Part shown: in pieces, positions 40,598 to 50,583 of the stretch
Layout: each line of letters starts with the position of its first letter
How positions within the stretch are numbered: position 1 is the first letter of the stretch
Assembly: GCA_964634595.1 (NCBI GenBank)
Contig: CAZWKU010000002.1
Span: 4,070 to 68,069 of the forward strand
From: an uncultured Candidatus Saccharibacteria bacterium
GTDB lineage: Bacteria; Patescibacteriota; Minisyncoccia; Phycocordibacterales; Phycocordibacteraceae
DNA: 64,000 nucleotides
Reading direction: 5' to 3'
Position numbers and translations under genes: made by a program
The notes under the pieces: model-generated
Database searches by the model: none
What the model saw: only the letters and a program-made list of their open reading frames with translations
Told to the model about the DNA's origin: nothing

Positions 40598-42528
40598 ACG
40601 AGTTTTTCTTTGGGGAGGGTGTACTCGATCTCCTCATCAAACGAGCGTGCAATTAGTAGCACTACTGCCGCGAGTGTGCCCAGGGCCGCAAGCCACCAGA
40701 TATGCCAGATAATCCCGAACCCGGCGACAAAGCTCGCTCCCGCGATGTACAAGCCCACCGCAGTATTTTTGGGGAGCTCGATATCGACCAGTGTGCCTCG
40801 CGCCGCCACCTTTTCGACCTCGCCTTTTTTCTCCATCCAAAACGCATCGCGACCGTGTACTATCGGGGTCGCGGCAAAGTTGTAAAAAGGTGGCGGCGCG
40901 CTCGTTGCCCACTCGAGCGTGCGCCCGCCCCAGGGGTCGCCAGTAACCGCAAGCTCCTTTCGCTTCCAGATACTGTAGGCCACCTGCACTACCTGCAAAA
41001 AGACAGCAAGCGCAATGATGCCGACGCCGATAGCGGCCACTGTGAGCAGGGGGTGCCACCCGGTCGTCGGGTCGATGTGGTAGAGGCGGCGGGTCATGCC
41101 CATAAAGCCAAGGGCATAGAGCGGTAAGAAGGCGGTTACAAAGCCCGTCATCCAGCACCAAAAGGCCGCACGCCCGAGGCCTTCGTGGAGTGTGAAGCCT
41201 GCAAACTTGGGGAACCAGTACGAGATACCAGCAAAGACTCCAAACAAAACACCGCCGATTATCATGTTGTGAAAGTGCGCGACCAAAAAGAGTGAATTAT
41301 GGAGCTCGAAGTCTGCGCCTGGCACCGAGAGGAGCACACCGGTCATCCCGCCAATGGTGAAGCTCACAATAAAACCCATAAACCAGAGCATGGGGGTTGC
41401 GAAGCGTACGCGCCCGCGAAACATGGTAAAGAGCCAGTTAAAAACTTTCACCCCGGTAGGTATGGCTATAGTGGCGGTCATAATGCCGAAAAAGGCGTTC
41501 ACATTTGCTCCTGCTCCCATGGTAAAGAAGTGGTGCACCCACACCACAAACGAGAGCACCACGATTGCGAGCGTCGCGACCACCATCGACGTGTAGCCGA
41601 AAAGTTTTTTTTGTGAAAAGACCGGCACTATTTCTGAAAAAATACCGAACGCGGGGAGAACTAATATATACACCTCGGGGTGACCCCACGCCCAGATCAG
41701 GTTGACGTAGAGCATTGCGTTGCCGCCAAGATCAGTGGTGAAAAAATGCATGTCAAAAAGGCGGTCAAACGAGAGGAGGGCGAGAGTGACGGTAAGGATA
41801 GGGAAGGCGAAGAGCACTAGCGTCATCGAGCCAAGTGCTGTCCAGGTAAAGATCGGCATACGCATCAGGGTCATGCCCGGCGCGCGCATTTTAAGTATCG
41901 TGGCCACAAAATTAATCCCGCCGAGAAGCGAGCCGATACCCGCTATCTGCAGAGCCCAAATGTAGTAATCAACACCCACCCCGGGGCTATATTCAAGCCC
42001 TGAGAGCGGTGGGTAGGCGAGCCACCCGGTGGCCGCAAACTCGCCCACTACCAGGGAGAGGTTAATGAGCATGGCGCCTGCAGCCGTGAGCCAAAAGGAG
42101 AGCGAGTTTAAGAAGGGGTAGGCGACATCACGCGCACCTATCTGTAGGGGGACGATCAAATTTAAGAGCCCAAAGATAAAGGGCATTGCAACAAAAAAGA
42201 TCATGATCACGCCGTGGGCGCTAAATATCTGCGCGAAATGGTCAGGCGAGAGGTAGCCAAATTGGTCACCTACGGCAAGTACCTGCTGACCGCGCATCAA
42301 GAAGGCGTCCATAGCGCCGCGCGCAAACATCGCCGAGGCGAGGACGAGGTACATGATGCCGATTTTTTTGGCATCAAGCGAGGTAAGCCACTCGCGCCAT
42401 AGCCAGCCCCACTTCTTAAATAGGGTAATGAGGAGCAGGGCGCCGAGAACCCCACCCACAACCATGAGTTGGCCAAAGGTCTCGATAGGCCCGTGCACAA
42501 ACGCATCAATGGTGAGGCGACCAAACAT
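40594..42528 (-). CDS. cyoB: Heme-copper quinol oxidase subunit I
   Basis: 644 aa; [14 protein letters not shown] and conserved His ligands. Confidence 0.9.
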   Translation of the reverse strand: MFGRLTIDAFVHGPIETFGQLMVVGGVLGALLLITLFKKWGWLWREWLTSLDAKKIGIMYLVLASAMFARGAMDAFLMRGQQVLAVGDQFGYLSPDHFAQIFSAHGVIMIFFVAMPFIFGLLNLIVPLQIGARDVAYPFLNSLSFWLTAAGAMLINLSLVVGEFAATGWLAYPPLSGLEYSPGVGVDYYIWALQIAGIGSLLGGINFVATILKMRAPGMTLMRMPIFTWTALGSMTLVLFAFPILTVTLALLSFDRLFDMHFFTTDLGGNAMLYVNLIWAWGHPEVYILVLPAFGIFSEIVPVFSQKKLFGYTSMVVATLAIVVLSFVVWVHHFFTMGAGANVNAFFGIMTATIAIPTGVKVFNWLFTMFRGRVRFATPMLWFMGFIVSFTIGGMTGVLLSVPGADFELHNSLFLVAHFHNMIIGGVLFGVFAGISYWFPKFAGFTLHEGLGRAAFWCWMTGFVTAFLPLYALGFMGMTRRLYHIDPTTGWHPLLTVAAIGVGIIALAVFLQVVQVAYSIWKRKELAVTGDPWGGRTLEWATSAPPPFYNFAATPIVHGRDAFWMEKKGEVEKVAARGTLVDIELPKNTAVGLYIAGASFVAGFGIIWHIWWLAALGTLAAVVLLIARSFDEEIEYTLPKEKLV

Positions 42529-42530
42529 AG

Positions 42531-43406
42531 TTAATGTGACTGCATGACTCTCTCTTTTGGCCCGCTATAGCGCATAAGGAGATTATAAAAGAGGTTGGGC
42601 GCAACTGCCGCATAGCTCACCTCTCTACCGCCTGGCTGAGCGCGCAGTATTGCATACTCGCTCTGTGAGAGCGTGCCGCTCGTGCTTTTAACTCGCTCGA
42701 TAAAGAGCGCGTACTCCTCCTGAGTGAGTGCATACACAGGGAAGGCCATTTCGGCGAAACCCTGACCGCTGTAATTTGCAGAAGAGCCGCGATAGGTCCC
42801 AGGGGTGTCGGCGATAAGGTGGAGCATCGTCGCCATGCCCGTCATTGCGTATATCTGCCCGCCAAGCGCGGGTATCCAAAATGAGTTCATGGGCGCATCA
42901 GCAGTAATTGCAAATTCGATTTGTTGCCCAACAGGTATCGCAAGGTGATTTGCGATAGCGACGCCTTCACCAGGGTACACAAAGAGCCATTGCGAAGGGA
43001 GGGCGATCACCTGCACCTTGAGAGGATCGCCCCCTTTTTCGAGCGCACGCGAAGGGTCAAGCGCATGGGTGCTCGACCAAATCAAGGCACCTACCACAAG
43101 CACTATCTCAATAGGTATCGCCCACCACACCAGTTCGCCCAAAGGGCCGTGCTCCCATTCGGGCTCATAGCGTGCCCGTGTGTTGCTTGCTCGATACCAC
43201 CAAGCGACGAAGCCTGCAAGCGAGAAAACCGCCACTGCGGTGATGAGCATCAGATAGAAGACATTGGTGATAAGCGAAAGCTCTTCTTGCGCGATATGGC
43301 CCTGCGGGGCGAGGAGGGTAGCACCGTGCTCTTGCAAGACAAGTGCGATAACGCCAACAACCGCAATCATGCTAAAGAGCGCCACCCCGATGAGCGGAGA
43401 CTTCAT
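42531..43406 (-). CDS. cyoA: Quinol oxidase subunit II (no CuA Cys-x3-Cys-x3-His motif, so quinol-type)
   Basis: Two N-terminal TM helices plus cupredoxin-like domain lacking CuA cysteines. Confidence 0.8.
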   Translation of the reverse strand: MKSPLIGVALFSMIAVVGVIALVLQEHGATLLAPQGHIAQEELSLITNVFYLMLITAVAVFSLAGFVAWWYRASNTRARYEPEWEHGPLGELVWWAIPIEIVLVVGALIWSSTHALDPSRALEKGGDPLKVQVIALPSQWLFVYPGEGVAIANHLAIPVGQQIEFAITADAPMNSFWIPALGGQIYAMTGMATMLHLIADTPGTYRGSSANYSGQGFAEMAFPVYALTQEEYALFIERVKSTSGTLSQSEYAILRAQPGGREVSYAAVAPNLFYNLLMRYSGPKERVMQSH

Positions 43407-43444
43407 TTCAGCCTAGTATAACAGTATTCAATAATAGTCAGCTC

Positions 43445-44161
43445 CTAAATACCCGAGACTCCAAAGAGATAGCCGATCAGGTAGGTGCTGGCCATAGCAA
43501 GTGCGCCTCCAGCGGCAACTCGGAGTGTCGCCTGCAGCCGCCCCGCGCCGCCTGCCCGTGCCCCGAGCCAGCCGGTCGCCATAAGAGCTAGCAGAGCCGC
43601 CACAAAGGTGGCAGGTATTTCGATTGCGGGCGGTGCGACCACGATCACCGCTATCGGTATCACCGCACCAGAAAAAAAAGAGAGTGCCGAGGCAAAGGCG
43701 GCTTGCGTGGGGCTCGCGAGTTTACCGGGGTCGAGTTTAAGTTCGGTCTCAACATGTGCGCTAAAGGCGTCGTTTGCAGTGAGCTCGCGAGCAACGGTAG
43801 CTGCCGTGAGGCGCGAGAGCCCCTTTGTCACATAGAGACCAACTAACTCCTCAAGTTCAGCCTCAGGCTCGGTATCAAGCTCGCGGCGCTCTTTTGCAAG
43901 GAGTGCCTGCTCGGTATCGCGCTCGGCCGCGACAGAGACATACTCACCTGCAGCCATCGAGAGAGCGCCCGCGATGGTGCCTGCTATGCCGGCGGTAAGT
44001 ATGGCGCGCGGGTCTGACGTAGCTCCGGCGACACCAACTACAAGTGCCGCGACCGAGACTATACCGTCATTTGCACCAAGTACGGCTGCACGAAGCCAGT
44101 TTATGCGTGAACTCAGGTTGGCAGTGTGTGGCTCTTCGTGTTCGGGTGTGTGTGGGAGCAT
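43445..44161 (-). CDS. VIT1/CCC1-family (DUF125) membrane transporter, putative Fe/Mn transporter
   Basis: GANDGIVSVAALVVG and MAAGEYVSV motifs. Confidence 0.75.
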   Translation of the reverse strand: MLPHTPEHEEPHTANLSSRINWLRAAVLGANDGIVSVAALVVGVAGATSDPRAILTAGIAGTIAGALSMAAGEYVSVAAERDTEQALLAKERRELDTEPEAELEELVGLYVTKGLSRLTAATVARELTANDAFSAHVETELKLDPGKLASPTQAAFASALSFFSGAVIPIAVIVVAPPAIEIPATFVAALLALMATGWLGARAGGAGRLQATLRVAAGGALAMASTYLIGYLFGVSGI

Positions 44162-44177
44162 GTAGTGTAAATAAACC

Positions 44178-44369
44178 TCAGATAAGGCGACTTATTTTGT
44201 TGCTGTCGAAAAAGAGTATGAGGGCACCTACGACAAGAGAGGCGATAAAACTCGAGAGCTCATGATTAGGGAAGAGGTAAAGATCAGATATACCCCAAAT
44301 GCCGCGCCACACGAGCACCGCACCTATGGTGAGCGCAAGGAGTCGTAACTTTTTCGATAGGCTACTCAT
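44178..44369 (-). CDS. Small membrane protein, hypothetical
   Basis: 2 TM helices. Confidence 0.3.
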   Translation of the reverse strand: MSSLSKKLRLLALTIGAVLVWRGIWGISDLYLFPNHELSSFIASLVVGALILFFDSNKISRLI

Positions 44370-44396
44370 GACCTTATTAAAGCATGCCTTTGAGGG

Positions 44397-44666
44397 TCAG
44401 CGGCGTGGTTGTAACGATTTGAGATACAAGGGGAGCCAGTCCATAAATTTTTTACGATGTGCATCAAGTGACCATAGGCCGTCATCTTTAAACTGCCCTA
44501 TGTAGCTTTGTTGATAGAGCGCAAGGAGCGAGCGGGATGCACGCGGAAATTCGGGCGGCAAGGCTTCATTATAGAGCTTGAGAAATGTACCGAGTGAGTG
44601 ACGCTCTTCGCTACGCACCTTATCGACATCAATAGGGCGTGGTTTCATCATTAAAGTATACCACAT
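44397..44666 (-). CDS. Hypothetical protein
   Basis: ORF only. Confidence 0.35.
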   Translation of the reverse strand: MWYTLMMKPRPIDVDKVRSEERHSLGTFLKLYNEALPPEFPRASRSLLALYQQSYIGQFKDDGLWSLDAHRKKFMDWLPLYLKSLQPRR

Positions 44667-44715
44667 TTACCATAGCAATGCTCTAGTACAAAAATTATTG
44701 CGTATACTGCATGCT

Positions 44716-45528
44716 ATGAAAAAGGTAGTGGTGTTGCAAAAAAGAGTAGGGGAGACACCGCTTGCTGCGCTTAGGGCGTGGCAAGCGGCACATCCTGAAG
44801 TTGCTAGCGCACCGGTGTCGTATGCCGGTCGGCTTGACCCAATGGCTTCAGGCAAGCTCCTGGTGCTTGTTGGTGACGAGTGTAAACGGCAAGCTGCATA
44901 CACGAAACTTGATAAGGAGTATGAAGTTGAGATATTGCTTGATGTGAGCAGTGATACAGGCGATGTTCTAGGTTTGCCGCACTATGCGAACACCGTTTCG
45001 CATCCGCAGGGGCGCGCGATTACCCGCGCGCTTGCCCAAGAGGTTGGCGTGCACGAATGCGCCTACCCCGTTTTTTCTTCAAAGACCGTCAAGGGTAAAC
45101 CACTCTTTATGTATGCGCTCGAAGGTTCACTTTCAATGATTACCGTGCCAACTCACGAAGAGCGAATCTACTCTATACAATTACTCTCGATACGCACCGA
45201 GGCCTCTGCCACTTTACGCGAACATATTCTTAAACTGCTTGAACTTGTGCCACGTACTAGCGAGCCTTCGAAAGAGCTGGGCGAAAATTTTCGTGTTGAG
45301 GTGATACGTCCACAGTGGGAAAAGCTGTTGGGCGATATGCTCCCGCGCGATTTTGTAATACTGAGAGTGAGGGTAGCGTGTGGCTCGGGTGCGTACATGC
45401 GCTCGCTCGCGAGTCGTATAGGAGAGTCTCTCGGCACCAAAGCCCTCGCACTCTCGATCAGCCGTACCACCATAGGGAGATACCTCCCGCTCCCGTTTAC
45501 CGCGGGGTTGTGGTTGTACAGCTGCTAA
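44716..45528 (+). CDS. truB: tRNA pseudouridine(55) synthase
   Basis: GRLDPMASGKLLVLVG catalytic Asp motif. Confidence 0.8.
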   Translation: MKKVVVLQKRVGETPLAALRAWQAAHPEVASAPVSYAGRLDPMASGKLLVLVGDECKRQAAYTKLDKEYEVEILLDVSSDTGDVLGLPHYANTVSHPQGRAITRALAQEVGVHECAYPVFSSKTVKGKPLFMYALEGSLSMITVPTHEERIYSIQLLSIRTEASATLREHILKLLELVPRTSEPSKELGENFRVEVIRPQWEKLLGDMLPRDFVILRVRVACGSGAYMRSLASRIGESLGTKALALSISRTTIGRYLPLPFTAGLWLYSC

Positions 45529-45767
45529 GTGACCGCTCTTAAAAAGAAAGCCTGCAAAGTAACGAAGTCCGACTTCGTTACTTTGTGCTCGGTAAACATT
45601 ATGCGCAGAACGAACGTTGCGGGATGAAATCTAGTACGGTAGGTTTTAAGTCGGACTAGCAATCACTGTGGGGCTGGCTTTTGCTATAGATGTGGAAGGA
45701 GTGAAAAATGAAGAATCTCCTTAGAACGGCGACTCCTGTCATGTGTCGCGTGAGCTTCCCCACACTA

Positions 45768-46181
45768 TCATTTTTTGCCTCTGAGTATGCAGTTGGGGCA
45801 TCGGCACCCTTTGGGTTTGATGTGGCGATCAAAATACTCTTTCCCATAGTCGTAGGTAAGCTCTTCTCCTGCTTTGATTGCGCGACGAGCAACAATGAAT
45901 ACTTTGCCTTCGGGGCCATCGGCTTCGCAGTTTGGCTTGCAGGAGTGGTTGATATAGCGTGCAATGTTCGTTTTTATATTTCCGTCAATTGTTTTCCCTT
46001 TTCCTACCTCAAACAAATATTTACCTTGGTCGCGGTCTGCCTCGGCTTCGCTTACTGGCCGGCCTCTATACTCAACAATACAGGCGCCTCTGTGTATAGC
46101 ATCAAAGGTATAGAGGCCAAGACCAGTGTTCGATCTCCGTACTTTGAGTGCGTAGGTACCAGCTATAAAGTGCTTCGACAT
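45768..46181 (-). CDS. SET-domain protein-lysine methyltransferase with post-SET Cys cluster
   Basis: NHSCKPNCEA, ELTYDY, CRCPNC. Confidence 0.8.
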   Translation of the reverse strand: MSKHFIAGTYALKVRRSNTGLGLYTFDAIHRGACIVEYRGRPVSEAEADRDQGKYLFEVGKGKTIDGNIKTNIARYINHSCKPNCEADGPEGKVFIVARRAIKAGEELTYDYGKEYFDRHIKPKGCRCPNCILRGKK

Positions 46182-46188
46182 AAAATAG

Positions 46189-47700
46189 TTATGCGCGCAA
46201 CTCCGCGATAAGGGTATCGAGATCTTTGTGGCGCTCTACCACCGTTTCGTGCTGGAGTACCCAAAAGAGTTTTTGTTTGAGTGCGTCGATGAACTCATGA
46301 TCGTGGGTGACGAGCAGCAAGGTGCTTTTAGAGGTATTACAGGCGTTTAAAAGAATCTCCCAGGTCACTTCATCGAGGTGGTTGGTTGGCTCGTCGAGAA
46401 TCAAAACATCGGGCTTGCCGCCAAATACGAGAGCAAAGCGAAGGCGCATGCGCTGTCCGCCCGAGAGGCTCCCGAGTGGGGTCTCCATGGTGTCAGTGTC
46501 GAACTTCATCGCCCCAAGCGCAGCACGTCCCGCTTCGTCGGTGAGTGAGATCTCGCTCGTGACTACTTCAAGAGGGGTGCGGGATCCGTCAAACTCTGTG
46601 TGCTGGTCGAAGTACGCAATTTTCAGTTTTTCAGCCCAGGTGATCGTACCTGTTTTGAGGGGGAGCTTGCCGAGGAGACATTTAAGAAAGGTTGACTTGC
46701 CTGAGCCATTGCGCCCCAAAAGTACGATGTGGCTCCCGGTACGCATTTCAAGATTTACGTTATGAAAGGCGCTCTTTTTGCTACCCCCATATGCAAACGA
46801 AGTATCAAGTATGCGGCACAAGAGTTTCCCAGAGTGGAGCGCCGAGTCGCTTTGGCGAAGCGATATTTTGGTGCGCGTATCTTCAGCGCGGCCCGACTCT
46901 TTGTGCTTCGCTTTGAGCCCCTCGAGCTCGGCTTTAAACTTATGGTACGTTGCGGTTTCTTTACCGCGAAATGCTTTTTGCCCCATAATAACCACGGCCT
47001 CGCGCAGCTGTTTGATTCGCTTCGTCTCGGTGTCAAAGGCTCGCTGCAGGCCCTCAATACGGCTCAAGCGGTGTTCTATATACTCGTCATACCCACCATG
47101 CGAAAGGTGCGCCTGACCCTGCGCGATCTCGATAACTTTTTCAGCAAGGGAGTCAATCATAAGCCGGTCGTGTGAGATGAAAAGGACGCCCCCGCGATAC
47201 TCTTGTAATAGCGCAATAAGCTCAAGTCGGCTCACAATATCGAGGTGGTTTTCGGGCTCATCAAGCAGAAGAAAGTCGGGTTGTACCGCGATGCCGCATG
47301 AAAGCGCAAGGATTTTTTGCTGACCGCCTGAAAGTAGGTGACACTCTTTGCTCGCGTGTTTTTCAAGGTTAAAACCGAGCTCTTTACCAAGCGCGTAGAC
47401 CCTTTTCGCAAGAGTCACACCGGCGTTTTGGGCGACATACTGAGCGACCGTGGTGCCAGTGTCACTTACTACAAATTCTTGCGGCACATACAAGGTGCGG
47501 ATATGGCCACTCTTTTCGATCGACCCCCTGTTTGGTTCGATAACCCCAGCAATTATTTTGAGCAGGGTAGACTTGCCTGAGCCGTTGTCGCCCACGATGC
47601 ACACTTTCTCATTCTCGGCGCATTTCAAGGTCACCGCCTCAAGGAGCGGTTTTTCAGTAAACGAGTGGCCGATGTTTTTAAGCGAAATCGTTTTTGCCAT
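46189..47700 (-). CDS. ABC-F family ATPase (two tandem ABC domains, no TMD)
   Basis: Walker A GDNGSGKST and GRNGSGKST; two LSGGQ signatures. Confidence 0.85.
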   Translation of the reverse strand: MAKTISLKNIGHSFTEKPLLEAVTLKCAENEKVCIVGDNGSGKSTLLKIIAGVIEPNRGSIEKSGHIRTLYVPQEFVVSDTGTTVAQYVAQNAGVTLAKRVYALGKELGFNLEKHASKECHLLSGGQQKILALSCGIAVQPDFLLLDEPENHLDIVSRLELIALLQEYRGGVLFISHDRLMIDSLAEKVIEIAQGQAHLSHGGYDEYIEHRLSRIEGLQRAFDTETKRIKQLREAVVIMGQKAFRGKETATYHKFKAELEGLKAKHKESGRAEDTRTKISLRQSDSALHSGKLLCRILDTSFAYGGSKKSAFHNVNLEMRTGSHIVLLGRNGSGKSTFLKCLLGKLPLKTGTITWAEKLKIAYFDQHTEFDGSRTPLEVVTSEISLTDEAGRAALGAMKFDTDTMETPLGSLSGGQRMRLRFALVFGGKPDVLILDEPTNHLDEVTWEILLNACNTSKSTLLLVTHDHEFIDALKQKLFWVLQHETVVERHKDLDTLIAELRA

Positions 47701-47801
47701 TTAGTATGAAGAGCCTAGCAAATAACACGTTCTTTTACTAACGAGCAGACCTTAGGTTCGAAGCTCCTGACGCGACTGTCCCCAGTGTCCCCACGGTCAC
47801 C

Positions 47802-47831
47802 TTGCATTTAGAGCATTTGCTCTAATATACT
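47802..47831 (+). promoter_or_regulatory. lexA promoter with candidate LexA operator: TTGCAT-[TTAGAGCATTTGCTCTAA]-TATACT
   Basis: Perfect palindrome TAGAGCA-N2-TGCTCTA (47809-47824) fills the -35/-10 spacer. -10 ends 6 nt before ATG 47838 (possible leaderless transcript). Confidence 0.45.
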
Positions 47832-47837
47832 GTGGTT

Positions 47838-48401
47838 ATGAAAGACGTTAAAGAAAAGATCGCCACCTTCTATCGCAAGCGCCGCCGTATGCCTTCGCAT
47901 ACCGAGGTGGCGAAGTTGCTTGGATATAAATCACGAGGTGCTACCGCATACGCTATCGAAAAACTAATTGACGCTGGGGTTATCTCTAAGGACAAGACGG
48001 GGCGCTTGCTCCCCGGAGAGATGCAACATGGTCTCAAGATGCTCGGCTTGATTGAGGCGGGGTTTCCCTCGCCCGCAGAAGAGGAGTTGCTCGATGTGAT
48101 GGATTTCGACGAGTATCTCACTCCAAACAAAGAGTCTAGTTACATCCTCAAGGTAAAAGGAGACTCCATGATTGAGGCGGGGATTAACGAGGGCGATATG
48201 GTTATCGTCGAGCGTCGCCAAGTATATAAACCAGGACAAATCGTTATCGCATCAATTGATGGAGAGTTCACTATGAAGTATCTGCGCAAGAAAGGGGGCG
48301 ACTATTATTTAGAGCCAGCCAATGCGAAATATAAGCCGATGTACCCCGAGAGAGATCTAAAGCTAGAGGCGGTAGTGACGGCGGTCGTGCGCAAATACTA
48401 G
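47838..48401 (+). CDS. lexA: LexA-type repressor (wHTH plus S24 peptidase)
   Basis: KVKGDSMIEAGI Ser nucleophile, catalytic Lys in MKYLRK. Confidence 0.8.
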   Translation: MKDVKEKIATFYRKRRRMPSHTEVAKLLGYKSRGATAYAIEKLIDAGVISKDKTGRLLPGEMQHGLKMLGLIEAGFPSPAEEELLDVMDFDEYLTPNKESSYILKVKGDSMIEAGINEGDMVIVERRQVYKPGQIVIASIDGEFTMKYLRKKGGDYYLEPANAKYKPMYPERDLKLEAVVTAVVRKY

Positions 48402-48402
48402 T

Positions 48403-49710
48403 ATGGCCTGGGGCTCTCTCCGCTCGTTCCCGCGCGCCATTTTGCACATTGATGGGGATGCGTTCTTCGCGGCATGCGAAGTTGCTAAGAACCCAAAACT
48501 ACGCGGGAGGCCTGTTATCACTGGCAAAGAGCGTGGCATTGTTTCTGCGGCTACCTATGAGGCAAAAGCGCTCGGTATCAAGCGGGGGATGACCTTGTCT
48601 GAGGTACAGAAGATCTGCCCTGAAGCCGTGATCCTCCCCTCTGACTACGAGACGTACAGCCTCTTCTCTGAGCGCATGTACGCCATTGTGAGGCGCTATA
48701 CACCCGACGTAGAGGAGTACAGTATTGACGAATGCTTTGCTGATTTAACAGGTCTGCGGCGGATGTTTCGCATGTCATACCCCCAGATAGCAGAGAAAAT
48801 AAAACAGCAACTAGACCGCGAGCTCGGGATGACATTTTCTATAGGAGTCTCAGCGACGAAGACCCTTGCCAAGATAGGTTCGAAATGGAAGAAGCCTTCG
48901 GGTCTGACGGTAATCCCCCTCAGAGACGCGCCGATTTATTTAAAGGGGATTAAGGTAGACGCCGTATGGGGTATTGGCCCACAGACCAGCGCTTTTCTCA
49001 ATAAACATGCTGTTAGAACCGCCTACGACTTTAGTAGCAAGAGCGAGGAGTGGGTGAAAAAGCATCTATCGAAACCCTTCTACGAAACATGGTTAGAACT
49101 GAACGGTTCAGTAGCAAACGAGTTGAACCTCACTGGTCGTGAGACCTATCAATCTATCAGTAAGACAAAAACATTTACCCCACCCTCGAGGGACCCTGTA
49201 TTTGTATATGCTCAGCTCTCAAAAAATGTAGAGAACGCCTGTAGTAAGGCACGGAGATGGAAGCTCTCGACCCCCACCGTTTTCTTTTTTCTCAAGACTC
49301 AAGACTTTCGTTATAGCGGATACGAAGTTAAGCTCCCGTTTCCGACCTCCAACCCTCTCGATATTCTGAAAGAGATCACTACCTATTTCTCTCGCGTGTT
49401 CAAAAAGAACACGGTATACCGAGCTACCGGGATAACGCTCATTAACCTGACTGAAGAGGGTACCGCACAGCTTGATCTGTTCGGGCTAGTCAAGAAGTCT
49501 GAGGCTGTTAAACGGGTGTTTGAGAGTACTGACAAGCTTGCTCAGCGTTATGGGAAGCACGTCGTCTTTCTTGGGTCTAGTTTTGATGCGATGACGCATG
49601 CGGCACACCTCGGCGCACGGGGGGAGGTGACTGCACGTGTTACGGCTTTATTTAAAGGTGAAACTAGTCGCCGACGATTGGCACTACCGATGCTGGGAGA
49701 AGTACGCTGA
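48403..49710 (+). CDS. Y-family DNA polymerase (DinB/UmuC-like)
   Basis: ILHIDGDAFFAACE, SIDECFADLTG motifs. Confidence 0.85.
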   Translation: MAWGSLRSFPRAILHIDGDAFFAACEVAKNPKLRGRPVITGKERGIVSAATYEAKALGIKRGMTLSEVQKICPEAVILPSDYETYSLFSERMYAIVRRYTPDVEEYSIDECFADLTGLRRMFRMSYPQIAEKIKQQLDRELGMTFSIGVSATKTLAKIGSKWKKPSGLTVIPLRDAPIYLKGIKVDAVWGIGPQTSAFLNKHAVRTAYDFSSKSEEWVKKHLSKPFYETWLELNGSVANELNLTGRETYQSISKTKTFTPPSRDPVFVYAQLSKNVENACSKARRWKLSTPTVFFFLKTQDFRYSGYEVKLPFPTSNPLDILKEITTYFSRVFKKNTVYRATGITLINLTEEGTAQLDLFGLVKKSEAVKRVFESTDKLAQRYGKHVVFLGSSFDAMTHAAHLGARGEVTARVTALFKGETSRRRLALPMLGEVR

Positions 49711-49742
49711 CAAAGTTTGGGAGGCAGAGCTGAAATAAAAAA

Positions 49743-49769
49743 GCCGCCGCGCACTGGGGCGCGGCGGCA
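49743..49769. terminator. GC hairpin terminator (GCCGCCGCGC...GCGCGGCGGC); T-run on the minus strand
   Basis: Hairpin preceded by AAATAAAAAA. Confidence 0.5.
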
Positions 49770-49779
49770 GGCAATGTGA

Positions 49780-50208
49780 TTACCATTTTCGAAAGATCCG
49801 CAGTATGTGCACCTGCTTGGCGACCTCTGCCAGTGTTTGCCTGCGGGTGATCCAGACTATAAACCCGAGGCACCCAAAACATCCCCAGAGGGCGTAGAGC
49901 GCGACGGTGTGGAGCAGTTCGCTCTTAGGCTCGGCCATATCGCTTATCGCCCACGCGACATTCATGACGATCCACATGAGGGCGCTCGTGTGAACAAGGA
50001 TCGGCACCCACGCGCGTTCAATGTAGTTGAACATGGTAAGCGCAAGGGTTATCGCGGTAATACCCGCGATGTAATTGCCGCTACGCCACTCGAGAAACCA
50101 CGTCGCATCGGTTAAAAGCCAAGAGATACCGCAAGCGAATTCGAGTCGCGCAAGCCGCTCTTCATGCACCGCACCATCCGCAATGAAACATGTGTATTTC
50201 TGAGACAT
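49780..50208 (-). CDS. Integral membrane protein, hypothetical
   Basis: 4 TM helices. Confidence 0.4.
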   Translation of the reverse strand: MSQKYTCFIADGAVHEERLARLEFACGISWLLTDATWFLEWRSGNYIAGITAITLALTMFNYIERAWVPILVHTSALMWIVMNVAWAISDMAEPKSELLHTVALYALWGCFGCLGFIVWITRRQTLAEVAKQVHILRIFRKW

Positions 50209-50496
50209 CTCTTTCTCCCCTCATATAGAGACTAGATGACCAAACACAGGATGACATTAGGCTATGATCGGAAGACTCTAAACATTATTGTATCACACTC
50301 CTGAAAGATGTCAGGCCTGCGGGATCGTCTGCACTGTTTGGCGGGGAAAACGGAGTGACAGGGTTTTAGGCGAATGGGCGATGCTATAGGGGGTAACGAC
50401 ATCATCGCGCTTCGCCCTAGCAGGCGCGCTGTGACCCTACTCGAACCGATTTTGGAGACACTATCTTCAAAAGGCTTCACGGTTGTCTTGCTTTCG

Positions 50497-50583
50497 GCCA
50501 GGAGGAAATGGGGACAGTCACGATTTAAGCTAAGCTGCCAGGAGGAAATGGGAGGAAATGGGGACAGTCACGATTTAAGCTAA
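50497..50583 (+). repeat. Tandem duplication (~40 bp unit) of the RAYT element left end (GCCAGGAGGAAATGGGGACAGTCACGATTTAAGCTAA x2)
   Basis: Direct comparison in sequence. Confidence 0.65.

Noticed and set aside
45708-46211. 167-aa plus-strand ORF overlapping the SET-domain gene
   Set aside because: The opposite-strand SET domain has unmistakable motifs (NHSCKPN, post-SET Cys); the overlapping ORF has no features.
50497-50583. Tandem short repeats that could be mistaken for a CRISPR array (also 57549-57596)
   Set aside because: Only two units, no spacers of constant length. The units are duplicated terminal sequences of the RAYT element, contiguous with the transposase gene.
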